DNA of 64,000 nt. It comes from Bdellovibrionales bacterium (GTDB lineage Bacteria > Bdellovibrionota > Bdellovibrionia > Bdellovibrionales > JAUICD01). The notes under the pieces are model-generated. The model was not told the origin of the DNA. It saw nothing but the letters and a program-made list of their open reading frames with translations, and searched no databases. Made by a program: the position numbers and the translations under genes. This document shows positions 42,901-51,620 of this stretch, one piece after another (position 1 is the first letter of the stretch; each line of letters opens with the position of its first letter). The stretch is taken from positions 2,304,001 to 2,368,000 of the forward strand of contig OZ253553.1 of the NCBI GenBank assembly GCA_965262715.1, in the 5' to 3' direction.

Positions 42901-44853
42901 ATCCATAAATCCTTATTAGGAGATTATAATGATAGAGAAGAAAATTTAAAAAACAAAACATTTATTTTTGGGAAATACCAAAATTTTATCCAACTTAATG
43001 AAGACCAGCAAAAAAGCTTTCGACATGCTTTATTCTTAAAAGGTGATCTTACTAGAGAAATGGCCATCAATGCTATTTCAAATAGAAATCGTGCTATTGT
43101 TAATGGAACACAAAGATATTTTGCTCAATGCATAGCAGATAAATTCTATCAAAAAGCTAAAAGTATTCAGAAAGAAAAAAAAATTAGCTTTGATTATTTT
43201 GAATACTCTAGTGAGTCTAATAGAGAAAAAAGTATTTATGAGTTAAGGAATTTTTATTTAGAATCATCACAAGAAGGCTCAGATCTGAAAAAAAATAACA
43301 AAGAAAGAGGTGCTAAACAAACGCCTTATTCTCATCTCTTAGATGCCCAGATGGCTTTTTTACTTGCCTGTGATGAACATAGGGATAATGGATCAATGGG
43401 AGTTTGCTTTGACTTCAATGAAGAAACATCTCGTCAAGGTATTGATATAAAAACAGGTGAAGTTTTACCACTTAAATACTTTTGTCAAACTAAGATTCCA
43501 GAAGAAGATATACAAGTTATTTCTATAGATCGCAAGAAATCGAATAATCGACCTCATCGTAGTTATACTCGTGATTCATTTTATGCTGATCATTATCTAC
43601 CACTTCTAATTAAAAAGGATAGTAAAAGAATTTCTATTAAAGTTGGATTTGATTGGCAAAATAGTATAGATTTAAAAATAAATGAGATACTAAAAAATAA
43701 AAATTCAAAGAAAAAATCTATTAATATAAAGCCAATTTTAAATTGTCTAAAACTTGCCAAAAGTAAAGATATCGCTAAATTTTATATAAATGAAGATGAT
43801 GAGCTTGAAGAAAACATAAACAGGTTATATCAATTATTAGAAAATAAATATGGAAAATCTAAATCTTTTTATTATATCTCTTGGGATAAATACAAAATTC
43901 ATAATTATTTTATTGAAAATTTTTCCAATACTAAATTTGTCAATCGTGAATCAAATGTTTGGTGGGATGATACAACTCAATTTTTTATGAATAAGCTACA
44001 TTATCGAACGGAAAGGAAAAATATCCTTGATAATAAAGAAAACAAAAAGAAAAATGATTTGTTTCCATTTTTCCAGGGAGATAAACAGTGTGAAATTAAA
44101 ACAAAAATAGGGAAACTTAAACTTCCTACCTTGAAAGATTGGAAAAGACTAAAAACAGATTGGATAAATTGTAAAAAAGAAAATATAAGTGAAGAATTAA
44201 AAAGTTTTATAGAAAAACACCTTATTTTTAAAAATCAAAAGTACTATCAACATCAAAAAACAAGAAAGGTTTTTTCTTTGCCAGTTGTAACTAAAGAAGG
44301 AAATACACTTCAAAAAAGAACATCTTGGAATAAGGAAAAGATTTTTCAAATCTGGAGTGATTCAGAATCAAGAGAGGATAACAATAAGTTTTCTAGGTTA
44401 GTATTTAATCGCTTCACAGAAGAATTAAAAGAAGTTGTCAATAAACCTTTTATTTCTAAAAAACAATTCAAGTTGGATCTAAAATCCGAAAAGTTTATTC
44501 TTAAGCAAGATAGTTATCAAAAGTTTAATCCTAATCATTGGTACGAGATCATAGTACCTGAAAATCTTAGAGAATGTATAGAGAGATTAGAATACCAGAT
44601 TGACAATGTGACTCGACCAAAAATCAAATTAACTCCTAAAAAAGAATTATCCACAAAAGATATTAATAAGATTAAAAGCGAATCCTTAACAAAAGCAAAA
44701 GATAACAATGAAGTTAAAAAATTAGATAAACTGAAAGAATCTTCTAGATCTATTGAATATACAGGCTCAGGATTTAACAAAGATGTAAGAGTAAAGCTTA
44801 TAGAAGCTATTAGAAATCAAAACAAATCGAATTGTAGTGTATATAAGCAATGA
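39919..44853 (+). CDS. cas9: Type II-B CRISPR nuclease Cas9 (Csx12/FnCas9-like)
   Basis: RuvC-I SPIAIDLGAKNTG, Arg-rich bridge helix, RuvC-II IMEQN, HNH EIDHIIP...YGTLNDEANL, RuvC-III SHLLDA; 1644 aa; followed by cas1-cas2-cas4. Confidence 0.96.
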   Translation: MSTKDKKLVSPIAIDLGAKNTGVYYAHYQAGTKLSAIKKEGEVLEWGKYTSLLKDRTANRHIRRNYQRRKLAKRLLYLILENYFQFPVKNHIQALGFFMNRRGFNRLEANYSEKLLNELPDGIWKLLPLKFKEKLDKGHLAESLENLANQKELKAIEDLKKSVEDKTKLIKKKTSYWKTLNQIDDAICNKLNGKEIIGNKKDKSFKISKWIIERAVQEGIKIEALIDEIQEPKKQEVDMLEFLKKNDDSKFLKDIQRSLPNNIEIKEQKKKLNNNEWNFDPWSFDLGKNEDCLGDPEYKDHVKLHLQHLCFAIYKIYDELSSGGRHRNSFFKEIKKDLENLGKSQITYLKDFGDAISNSPSLDIDKIFHLIAHISNLELKPLRVYFNDKTHLKSDQWDLKKISDIFKKWFSKQWRVSLSDGEKKKQEYKELKNLWTKHKKKDDVISFWIKACPSLTIPPYQDIKNRRPPRCQTLLLNQEYLDDKYSDWRKWIEQLIKYRENSFLKRYEDKLKELKSQKQKPQQKPLIKTNEIDLRKLQLLLDTSKALDAYKLNDIWSTYHQLHQIDRENNLGKKGLIKEYKEKINKSNLPEYFKKDLLLGIENLFEKESFGHFINKYYQTKRKARDGRYFLHQIKKNKWSDKDKLLKICIHKPRQKKYQLIYDLIAIFGIELDVFKNLIDWDDTVLIATNIKVLEKWLEIKLENFSKKCADAQKKYRGSLKYKIDIAIKQQKNGHLKHEDGELINLDKQAKKFSKEIAQKLWPDKSQKDQDQQAQRFESVFSFAQIYSVVFKDRNGFSKTCPVCSLDNSRRMEVLQDSFAYASRLSGLSIRLIDGAVMRICDRLGSYIVQKKWPIIKTALKQEQKVCIPLIMEQNHFAFEPTLNQIKGNKNSKKQDKQTDDRETNYNEKIGRIKKASKGICPYEGINLSNSMEIDHIIPQASKYGTLNDEANLIYASKLANSGKTDTQYSLSDIHKKYKIEIFGTDNNEEIKNYIHKSLLGDYNDREENLKNKTFIFGKYQNFIQLNEDQQKSFRHALFLKGDLTREMAINAISNRNRAIVNGTQRYFAQCIADKFYQKAKSIQKEKKISFDYFEYSSESNREKSIYELRNFYLESSQEGSDLKKNNKERGAKQTPYSHLLDAQMAFLLACDEHRDNGSMGVCFDFNEETSRQGIDIKTGEVLPLKYFCQTKIPEEDIQVISIDRKKSNNRPHRSYTRDSFYADHYLPLLIKKDSKRISIKVGFDWQNSIDLKINEILKNKNSKKKSINIKPILNCLKLAKSKDIAKFYINEDDELEENINRLYQLLENKYGKSKSFYYISWDKYKIHNYFIENFSNTKFVNRESNVWWDDTTQFFMNKLHYRTERKNILDNKENKKKNDLFPFFQGDKQCEIKTKIGKLKLPTLKDWKRLKTDWINCKKENISEELKSFIEKHLIFKNQKYYQHQKTRKVFSLPVVTKEGNTLQKRTSWNKEKIFQIWSDSESREDNNKFSRLVFNRFTEELKEVVNKPFISKKQFKLDLKSEKFILKQDSYQKFNPNHWYEIIVPENLRECIERLEYQIDNVTRPKIKLTPKKELSTKDINKIKSESLTKAKDNNEVKKLDKLKESSRSIEYTGSGFNKDVRVKLIEAIRNQNKSNCSVYKQ

Positions 44854-44922
44854 AAATTGTAATCTCTAACAAATTATTTTGATCGAAAGGTCAAAAATCA
44901 AACAAAAAAAGAGAGGTAAACT

Positions 44923-45125
44923 ATAAAAATTCATTTTGATGAAAAATTAGAGGCTGTTTTTATTTGACTCAATGATCGTAAAAAATTATTAATTTTCAAG
45001 AAGTAGAAAAAGGAGTTATACTTGATCTTGAAGGTGATGGTAAAATGATTGGTATTGGAACACTAAAATCTAAAGAACACATTTCCTTAAAGCAATTAAA
45101 AGAGTTAAAACTTCAAATTGTTTAA
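44923..45125 (+). pseudogene. DUF2283-family remnant
   Basis: After a gagaggt RBS it reads IKIHFDEKLEAVFI*LNDRKK / INFQEVEKGVILDLEGDGKMIGI, with start ATA, an internal TGA and one frameshift. Confidence 0.65.
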
Positions 45126-45299
45126 AGTACTCACTTTGATTTTTCATTCCTGCTTTTCTCATAATAAAACAATATGAAGTATACCTGAAGTAAATTTAAA
45201 TCTTTTATAAAATCAACCTCTTTTTATCCGATAATCAATTATATATACGCTATAGATATTACATCCTTAATCAAAGAATAATAATATAAGGGCATTCAG

Positions 45300-46256
45300 A
45301 TGAAACATTTGACCATTAGCACATACGGCAGTTTTATAGGAGTTGAGGCCAATCGCTTGTTAGTGCGTGAAGGCGATCAGAAACGTCATTTTCCATTAAA
45401 TCGTTTATCCACAATCAACATTGCTAAACGTGGCGTGAGCTTTTCAAGTGATTTGATCGAAGCGTTAAGTTTGCGGGGGATTAAATTATTTTTCTTAGAT
45501 TTTCGTGGTGTTGCTCACTCTGCTATTATTGGGCAATCACAACATGGTGTAGTGGCTGTCCGTCAGGCACAGCAAGAGTTTTGTAAGTCAGAAGATATTA
45601 GCTTAGCCATTGAGATTGTGGTTGGAAAGATCAAAAATCAACGAGCTGTGCTTAACTATCTTGGCAAATATCACCATCATCCTGTCTTGCATTCTTCTGT
45701 TGAAACACTTCTATTGAATGCAGATAAAGCAAAACAAGCAAAGAGTATAGACACATTGCTTGGCTTTGAAGGAGCTAGTGCTTCTGCCTATTTTAAAGCA
45801 TTGAGTGAAGCTTGTTTCTTTTCTTCTACTTTTACACATCGAGAAGGCAGAGGTAGCCAAGAAATCAACAACTCCATGTTGAACTTAGGTTATGCAGTAC
45901 TTAGTAGCTATATATTAAATGCAATTATTAATGCTGGTTTAGAACCTTACCTTGGTGTGTTGCATAGTAAGCGACCTGGCAGGATGGCTTTGGTGTTGGA
46001 TTTAATGGAAGAGTACCGTGCATGGGTCGTTGACAGAGCTGTGATTAAGTTACGTCAACAGAGTGAAGGGAAATTGCATTTGGACACAAAGCTTAAAAAG
46101 GCATGTATCAAAGAGATTCAAAATACATGTTCTAAAAAATATTTGTATCGGAAAAAGAAGCTCAAATTGGAACATATCATTCAACGTCAAGTGTATCGAT
46201 TGTGTGGTTATTTTTATGGCGAGAAAAAGTACAAACCTTATTTATTCAAGTGGTAA
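45300..46256 (+). CDS. cas1: CRISPR-associated endonuclease Cas1
   Basis: LLGFEG..A..YF, NSMLNLGY, GLEPYLGVLH, LVLDLMEEYR. Confidence 0.97.
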   Translation: MKHLTISTYGSFIGVEANRLLVREGDQKRHFPLNRLSTINIAKRGVSFSSDLIEALSLRGIKLFFLDFRGVAHSAIIGQSQHGVVAVRQAQQEFCKSEDISLAIEIVVGKIKNQRAVLNYLGKYHHHPVLHSSVETLLLNADKAKQAKSIDTLLGFEGASASAYFKALSEACFFSSTFTHREGRGSQEINNSMLNLGYAVLSSYILNAIINAGLEPYLGVLHSKRPGRMALVLDLMEEYRAWVVDRAVIKLRQQSEGKLHLDTKLKKACIKEIQNTCSKKYLYRKKKLKLEHIIQRQVYRLCGYFYGEKKYKPYLFKW

Positions 46257-46556
46257 GTGATGGATCGATTAAGACAAGAGTATTTAGTCAGTTATGATAT
46301 TGAAGACAATAAAGCTCGCACCCAATTATATAAGGAATTGTTGGGATTTGGATTGCGAGCTGTGCAGAAGTCAGTTTTTTGGGGATGTTTAACTATAGCT
46401 GAACTGCATGCCATAAAAAGAAGTTTGCAAAAATATTTAGATACTCAAGATAAAGGTTTTGTGATTCGTAGCAATTTTCATAGTAGAGGGCAGAGCTATT
46501 TTATAGGCCATGACAAAGAAGACTTTGAAGATTGGAGAGAAAGCGATGTCATTTAG
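46257..46556 (+). CDS. cas2: CRISPR-associated Cas2
   Basis: YLVSYDIEDNK.R and VQKSVF motifs. Confidence 0.96.
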   Translation: MMDRLRQEYLVSYDIEDNKARTQLYKELLGFGLRAVQKSVFWGCLTIAELHAIKRSLQKYLDTQDKGFVIRSNFHSRGQSYFIGHDKEDFEDWRESDVI

Positions 46557-47121
46557 TGTTCCTGTCAATTTGATCCGTCAATGGTGTTATTGTCCACGAG
46601 TTGTTTATTATATGGAGTTGACTGATACGCCAATTCATCGACCAATTTGGGTCAAACAGGGGGAAGACTTTCATCAGTTGGAAGAAAATCTTTGGGAGCG
46701 ACGCAATTTATCTCGCTTTGGATTACAACAAGGAAAGAAGCATTACAATCTTTCTATAAGAAATGATGATTTTGGATTACATGGCATTGCTGATATGGTG
46801 ATTGAAACTCAAGATGCTGTTTACCCTATTGAGTTCAAGTTGTCAGCTCGCAGTAAAAAACGCAGTGATATCTTACAGCTGGTAGCTTATGGCATGCTTG
46901 CAAAAAATTATTTTAAAAAACCTGTCTCTATAGGCTTTTTAGTTGGTAAAGGGAGGGTGTTGCACAAGATTTCTATTGATGAAGAAAAGTGCCAGCAGGT
47001 TATAGCAACTGCACAGAAAATTCGCACAATGTTACAAAATGGTCGAAAGCCAGAATCCAGTGCTTCCCTTGTGCAATGCAGTGCTTGTGAATATGTGAAT
47101 TTTTGTAATGACCGTTTGTGA
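46510..47121 (+). CDS. cas4: CRISPR-associated Cas4 (start probably ATG 46546)
   Basis: YCPR, G.AD, PIEFK, QLVAY, C..CEY..FC Fe-S cysteines. Confidence 0.95.
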   Translation: MTKKTLKIGEKAMSFSVPVNLIRQWCYCPRVVYYMELTDTPIHRPIWVKQGEDFHQLEENLWERRNLSRFGLQQGKKHYNLSIRNDDFGLHGIADMVIETQDAVYPIEFKLSARSKKRSDILQLVAYGMLAKNYFKKPVSIGFLVGKGRVLHKISIDEEKCQQVIATAQKIRTMLQNGRKPESSASLVQCSACEYVNFCNDRL

Positions 47122-47136
47122 TTTGTGGTGTAGTAA

Positions 47137-47262
47137 ATAAAAAAACCGCTAAGAAAGCGGTTTTTTATCCCTTACTATGAAGGGCAGACGTGCATAATGC
47201 AGAGGTCTGTTCAAAATACTTTTAGATGATTACAGATCATCAGTAATGGTTATATAATGAGG
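47137..47262 (-). ncRNA. tracrRNA (type II-B)
   Basis: Minus strand: anti-repeat cctcattatataaccattactg, then ctgtaatcatctaaaagtattttgaacagacctctg..cacgtctg (closely resembles the Francisella tracrRNA core), then a hairpin with poly-U. Confidence 0.88.
47139..47166. terminator. Bidirectional intrinsic terminator shared by the cas operon and tracrRNA
   Basis: aaaaaaaccgct-aagaa-agcggtttttt. Confidence 0.85.
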
Positions 47263-47391
47263 ATATCACGTAAGATGCTATTTTTCAATACCTTTCGCAA
47301 AAAAGGTTGGTTTTTTAACAAGCAACCCATTTGCGAAAAAATATCTATTCCAACCTACGTAACCACTTGTTTTAACAAGTAAAAATTTGAG
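47263..47391. promoter_or_regulatory. AT-rich CRISPR leader-like segment / tracrRNA promoter region
   Basis: Non-coding, adjacent to repeat 1, contains the IR ttcgcaaa..ggttg / caacc..tttgcgaa. Confidence 0.5.
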
Positions 47392-48507
47392 CTCTCATTA
47401 TTATAACCCATTACCTAGAAACTGAAACTTATTGATAAGTGCCACTCTTTCGGCCGCCTTCATCTCTCATTATTATAACCCATTACCTAGAAACTGAAAC
47501 TAGTAGCAAGATCTTCATGTGTGGGGTACTAATCCACTCTCATTATTATAACCCATTACCTAGAAACTGAAACAATTCACATAAACCAGAGTTTCTAACA
47601 TCTTCCCTCTCTCATTATTATAACCCATTACCTAGAAACTGAAACTACCTCTCAAGTATCCAGCAACAGCCCCTATACCCTCTCATTATTATAACCCATT
47701 ACCTAGAAACTGAAACGTTTACCTGTATTATGATAATATCCACTATTATAACTCTCATTATTATAACCCATTACCTAGAAACTGAAACGACCTTAGAACA
47801 AAATCACTACCAGATTCAATAGCTCTCATTATTATAACCCATTACCTAGAAACTGAAACCTCTCGAATTGAGCAAATAAGATTGCGTTGTTTACCCTCTC
47901 ATTATTATAACCCATTACCTAGAAACTGAAACAATTCACATAAACCAGATTCTCTGACATCTTCCCTGCCTCTCATTATTATAACCCATTACCTAGAAAC
48001 TGAAACCTAGCCATAGTAAGAAAATCAGGACTGCTTGATTCCTCTCATTATTATAACCCATTACCTAGAAACTGAAACATTCCTACGGTTGGAGCAATAC
48101 CTCTTTTATTTTCCTCTCATTATTATAACCCATTACCTAGAAACTGAAACTAAGTATATATATGTTTGTACAGAACTAATTAAAGCTCTCATTATTATAA
48201 CCCATTACCTAGAAACTGAAACTAAAAATAGACTCTTTTTCATCATCTTCTTTTGCTCTCATTATTATAACCCATTACCTAGAAACTGAAACCTCTCTAT
48301 ATACACCAAGTGCATCTATGTCTTTCCTCTCATTATTATAACCCATTACCTAGAAACTGAAACCAGCCATACTATAAACAAGCTAATACACTTACTCACT
48401 CTCATTATTATAACCCATTACCTAGAAACTGAAACTCTAGATCCGCTCCCGACTAGGGGGTTTTTCTCCCCTCTCATTATTATAACCCATTACCTAGAAA
48501 CTGAAAC
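47392..48507 (-). CRISPR. CRISPR array: 16 identical 37-bp repeats, 15 spacers of 33-37 bp
   Basis: Repeat CTCTCATTATTATAACCCATTACCTAGAAACTGAAAC (crRNA sense GTTTCAGTTTCTAGG... on the minus strand), starting at 47392, 47464, 47537 ... 48471. Confidence 0.99.
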
Positions 48508-48551
48508 GCTTTATAAAATTCTTTACGGCTTGGGAGGTAAAATTATTGATA

Positions 48552-50726
48552 TTAAAGCATTTGTAGTGGATCTATATCAAAATCAACGGTAACCTTATGT
48601 TGATTTCTTTTATTACTATTTTCTTTTTTGTGATTTTCTTTAACTGAAGCGTCTTTTACAAATGCAAGATCAATTTGCACTTTTTGTTTTTTTGATGAAG
48701 AAGGATTTTTTGGGGAAAAATTATTTTGATTATTTATAAATTCTCTTGAACCAACAGAAGTTAATTGATCTGAGGAGATGTTGATAATAGAATCAATGTG
48801 AGATTTAAGGTAATGGCAAAACTCTGAGAGCCATGGACTTTTTGAGCTTTTAATAAGTATTTGATAACGATATTGACCTTTAACCTTACTTATTGGAGCA
48901 GGAGCTGGTCCCAAGATATCAATATATTTTTCTTTACTTTCCTTTGCTTGTTTTCTAGCAAAGTTGGAGATTTTAATAAGGACAGACTCTACTTTTTCAA
49001 TGGAACTTCCTCGGACGCGGATGAGGGCCATACGGTAAAAGGGAGGATAATAAAGTTTTTTGCGTATATTTAATTCTCTTTGGGCAAAGGCTTCATATTG
49101 ATGTTTAATGGCTTCTTGAATGACAAGATTTTTATGGTTAAATGTTTGTATGACAACCTCTCCTTTGGTGTCATGTCGACCTGCTCGACCTGCTACTTGT
49201 ACTAAAAGTTGAAATGTCTTTTCTGAAGCGCGAAAATCAGGTAAATTTAAACTCATATCTGCTGAAACCACTCCTACCAATGTTAAATGTTTAAAATCTA
49301 ATCCTTTTGCGATCATTTGTGTTCCAACTAAAATATCAACTTGTTTGGAAGAAACTTGATCTATAAAAGACTGCATGTCTTTTCTATTTGATATTTGGTC
49401 TCTATCTGCTCTTAAGATTTTTTTGTCATGAAATAGCACTTCTAGATCTTTTTGAATACCAGCAGTGCCTATGCCTATATTTTTCATAGTATCTGTATGG
49501 CATGTTTTACATTGAATTTCATAATTTTTGTGATAATTGCAGTAATGGCAAACAAGATGCACTTGATGATGTACAGTCAAAGATACAGAACAATTTGGAC
49601 ACATAGCGCATTCTCCACATTGGGTGCAGATAATGGTTTGTGCATCTCCTCGTCTGTTTAAAAAAATAGCGATCTGGTTTCCAAAACTCAAATGTTCTTT
49701 TATCTTATCATAAAGTGTTTGACTTAACCAAAACGGCAGACTTAATTTTTTCTGAGAACTATGTGCCATATTCTCTATAGTCACTTGAGGTAAGCTTGCA
49801 GAGCCAAATCGTTTAGAGAGTTGATGAAGTTGATATTTACCTTGCATGGCATTATGCCATGTTTCTAAACTAGGCGTTGCAGAACCTAAAACAATGGGAC
49901 AATTATGCAGCTTTGCCAACATAACAGACGCATCTCTTGCGTTATAATGGAGTCTTTCCCATTGTTTAAAACTGCTTTCATGTTCTTCATCGACTATGAT
50001 CAATCCTAAATTTTTCATAGGGCAAAAAATAGCAGATCTTGCTCCAATTAAAACTGATTGCTTTTTATCAATTATATTCCACCATTGATTTGTTTTTTCT
50101 CGATTTGTTAAATCGCTATGGAGAATAGCTGTTTTTTGTCCAAATTTTCTAATAAATCTTTCTATAATTTGAGGTGTTAATGAGATTTCTGGCACCATCA
50201 TTAACACCTGTTTTTGTTGTTCAATGACTTTTTCTATAAGGCTAAAGTAAACTTCTGTCTTTCCAGATCCTGTGATGCCATGAATAAGATGAGTTTGAAA
50301 TCCTTTTTGTTGAATAATTTTTTTAAAAATAGCTCTTTGTTCTTCTGTTAATATAAAAGAAGCCTGTTTTATGTTTTGTGGTAATATAGATTTTTTTTTA
50401 TTAGTGCTTTTTTTTAAAGGAGGGAACGTGGGTTTAAATATCTGTCCAATAGGATATACATAGTATTGCGCAAGCCATTCAATCCATTTTAAGTAAGGCT
50501 CTGGTAGTTTAGGTCTGTCATCTACAATAGATATAATATGTTTGTATTTTGGGACTTTTTTCAAGTGTGGCTTAGAAGGACCTAATATCACACCTAAAAC
50601 TTTTCTAGATCCTAATGGCACTAGAACAGAAAAGCCTCTTTCTAATTCTATGCTATCTGGGTTTTTTAAATAAGCTAGTGGTTTTGTTAGGGGAGCTTCA
50701 ACGGCAACATTCCATAATTCCTTCAT
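48552..50726 (-). CDS. priA: Primosomal protein N' (replication restart helicase)
   Basis: GITGSGKTEVY, VPEISLTPQ, DEEHE.SFKQ, Zn-finger cysteines, GTQMIAKGLDF, QVAGRAGR. Confidence 0.97.
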   Translation of the reverse strand: MKELWNVAVEAPLTKPLAYLKNPDSIELERGFSVLVPLGSRKVLGVILGPSKPHLKKVPKYKHIISIVDDRPKLPEPYLKWIEWLAQYYVYPIGQIFKPTFPPLKKSTNKKKSILPQNIKQASFILTEEQRAIFKKIIQQKGFQTHLIHGITGSGKTEVYFSLIEKVIEQQKQVLMMVPEISLTPQIIERFIRKFGQKTAILHSDLTNREKTNQWWNIIDKKQSVLIGARSAIFCPMKNLGLIIVDEEHESSFKQWERLHYNARDASVMLAKLHNCPIVLGSATPSLETWHNAMQGKYQLHQLSKRFGSASLPQVTIENMAHSSQKKLSLPFWLSQTLYDKIKEHLSFGNQIAIFLNRRGDAQTIICTQCGECAMCPNCSVSLTVHHQVHLVCHYCNYHKNYEIQCKTCHTDTMKNIGIGTAGIQKDLEVLFHDKKILRADRDQISNRKDMQSFIDQVSSKQVDILVGTQMIAKGLDFKHLTLVGVVSADMSLNLPDFRASEKTFQLLVQVAGRAGRHDTKGEVVIQTFNHKNLVIQEAIKHQYEAFAQRELNIRKKLYYPPFYRMALIRVRGSSIEKVESVLIKISNFARKQAKESKEKYIDILGPAPAPISKVKGQYRYQILIKSSKSPWLSEFCHYLKSHIDSIINISSDQLTSVGSREFINNQNNFSPKNPSSSKKQKVQIDLAFVKDASVKENHKKENSNKRNQHKVTVDFDIDPLQML

Positions 50727-51607
50727 CGAAACCTCGAATAGAAGTCTCTAATTAAAGAAGAAGTTTCACTTTCACCCCATTGAGTTGTGTTTTTTTGAGA
50801 TTTACGAAAATTTTGGAGAGAAAGCTTTTGTTGTAATTTTTTATTATCTGATAACCTGCTTATATTGATTGTTTTAATTGGAATAGAGGTGTCCTCATAG
50901 ATAAGAACTCTATGTTGAGGGAATTTTAAATATCCAACATGTTCAATATATCTACTAGCTAGAACTTCTACAGATGTTTTAAGTTTTATTTTCCTGATAA
51001 CAAATTTATCTTGTTCAATCCATAGCCCAGGACCTTTTGCATTTTTTTGATATGCGTACATGACTTGTCCTTGGTTAATGGAAAGATTTATAGGCATTTG
51101 AACATGGCTTAGACTTTTTTTGTTTTCTTCAAACTTTGTTTTAGAAGAGGATACAAATAAAGAAGGATTCCAGTTAAGTGTTGAAGCTTCTGCCATTTTA
51201 TGATTTAAGATAGTATTTTGTAATTTTTGTAGTGATCTTCCTATAAACCAAGGTTCAATGAACTCTAATGACCATTTATTTTTCTTTAAAGATTTTTTAT
51301 TATCTTTATGATAGACTCTGTTATTGGTATAAAGACGTTCGATATGCAACCCTTCGGATGTGGCTAAAAGATGTAATTGTAAATCTTGGTTTTTATTAAC
51401 AGTTATATACCATGTCTCAAGGACAACTTTTTGTGTTTTCTCTATAGGAAATGTTAATTCTTGTTGGATTAAATAATTGGATCTGCCATGATTTTTTAAG
51501 ACTTCTTTAAGAATAAAATCAGAACTAGGTATATATGACAAGGCTTCTGTAATTATAAAAAATGCTAAAATTACAGGGATAGAAGCTTTAATAGCTTGTT
51601 TGGTCAT
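50723..51607 (-). CDS. Hypothetical exported protein
   Basis: Signal-like N-terminus; translationally coupled to priA. Confidence 0.7.
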   Translation of the reverse strand: MTKQAIKASIPVILAFFIITEALSYIPSSDFILKEVLKNHGRSNYLIQQELTFPIEKTQKVVLETWYITVNKNQDLQLHLLATSEGLHIERLYTNNRVYHKDNKKSLKKNKWSLEFIEPWFIGRSLQKLQNTILNHKMAEASTLNWNPSLFVSSSKTKFEENKKSLSHVQMPINLSINQGQVMYAYQKNAKGPGLWIEQDKFVIRKIKLKTSVEVLASRYIEHVGYLKFPQHRVLIYEDTSIPIKTINISRLSDNKKLQQKLSLQNFRKSQKNTTQWGESETSSLIRDFYSRFR

Positions 51608-51620
51608 ATTTTGTTTTCCT

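Noticed and set aside
48035..48289. 84-aa ORF with repeated LIIITHYLETET
   Set aside because: It is a translation of the CRISPR repeats and spacers.
47429..48470. Self-targeting spacers or matches to the 10597-10851 insert
   Set aside because: None noticed by eye. This is not exhaustive; a BLASTN-short search is needed.
48508..48551. Possible scaRNA or degenerate terminal repeat, as in Francisella
   Set aside because: No repeat-like sequence is visible between the last repeat and the priA stop.
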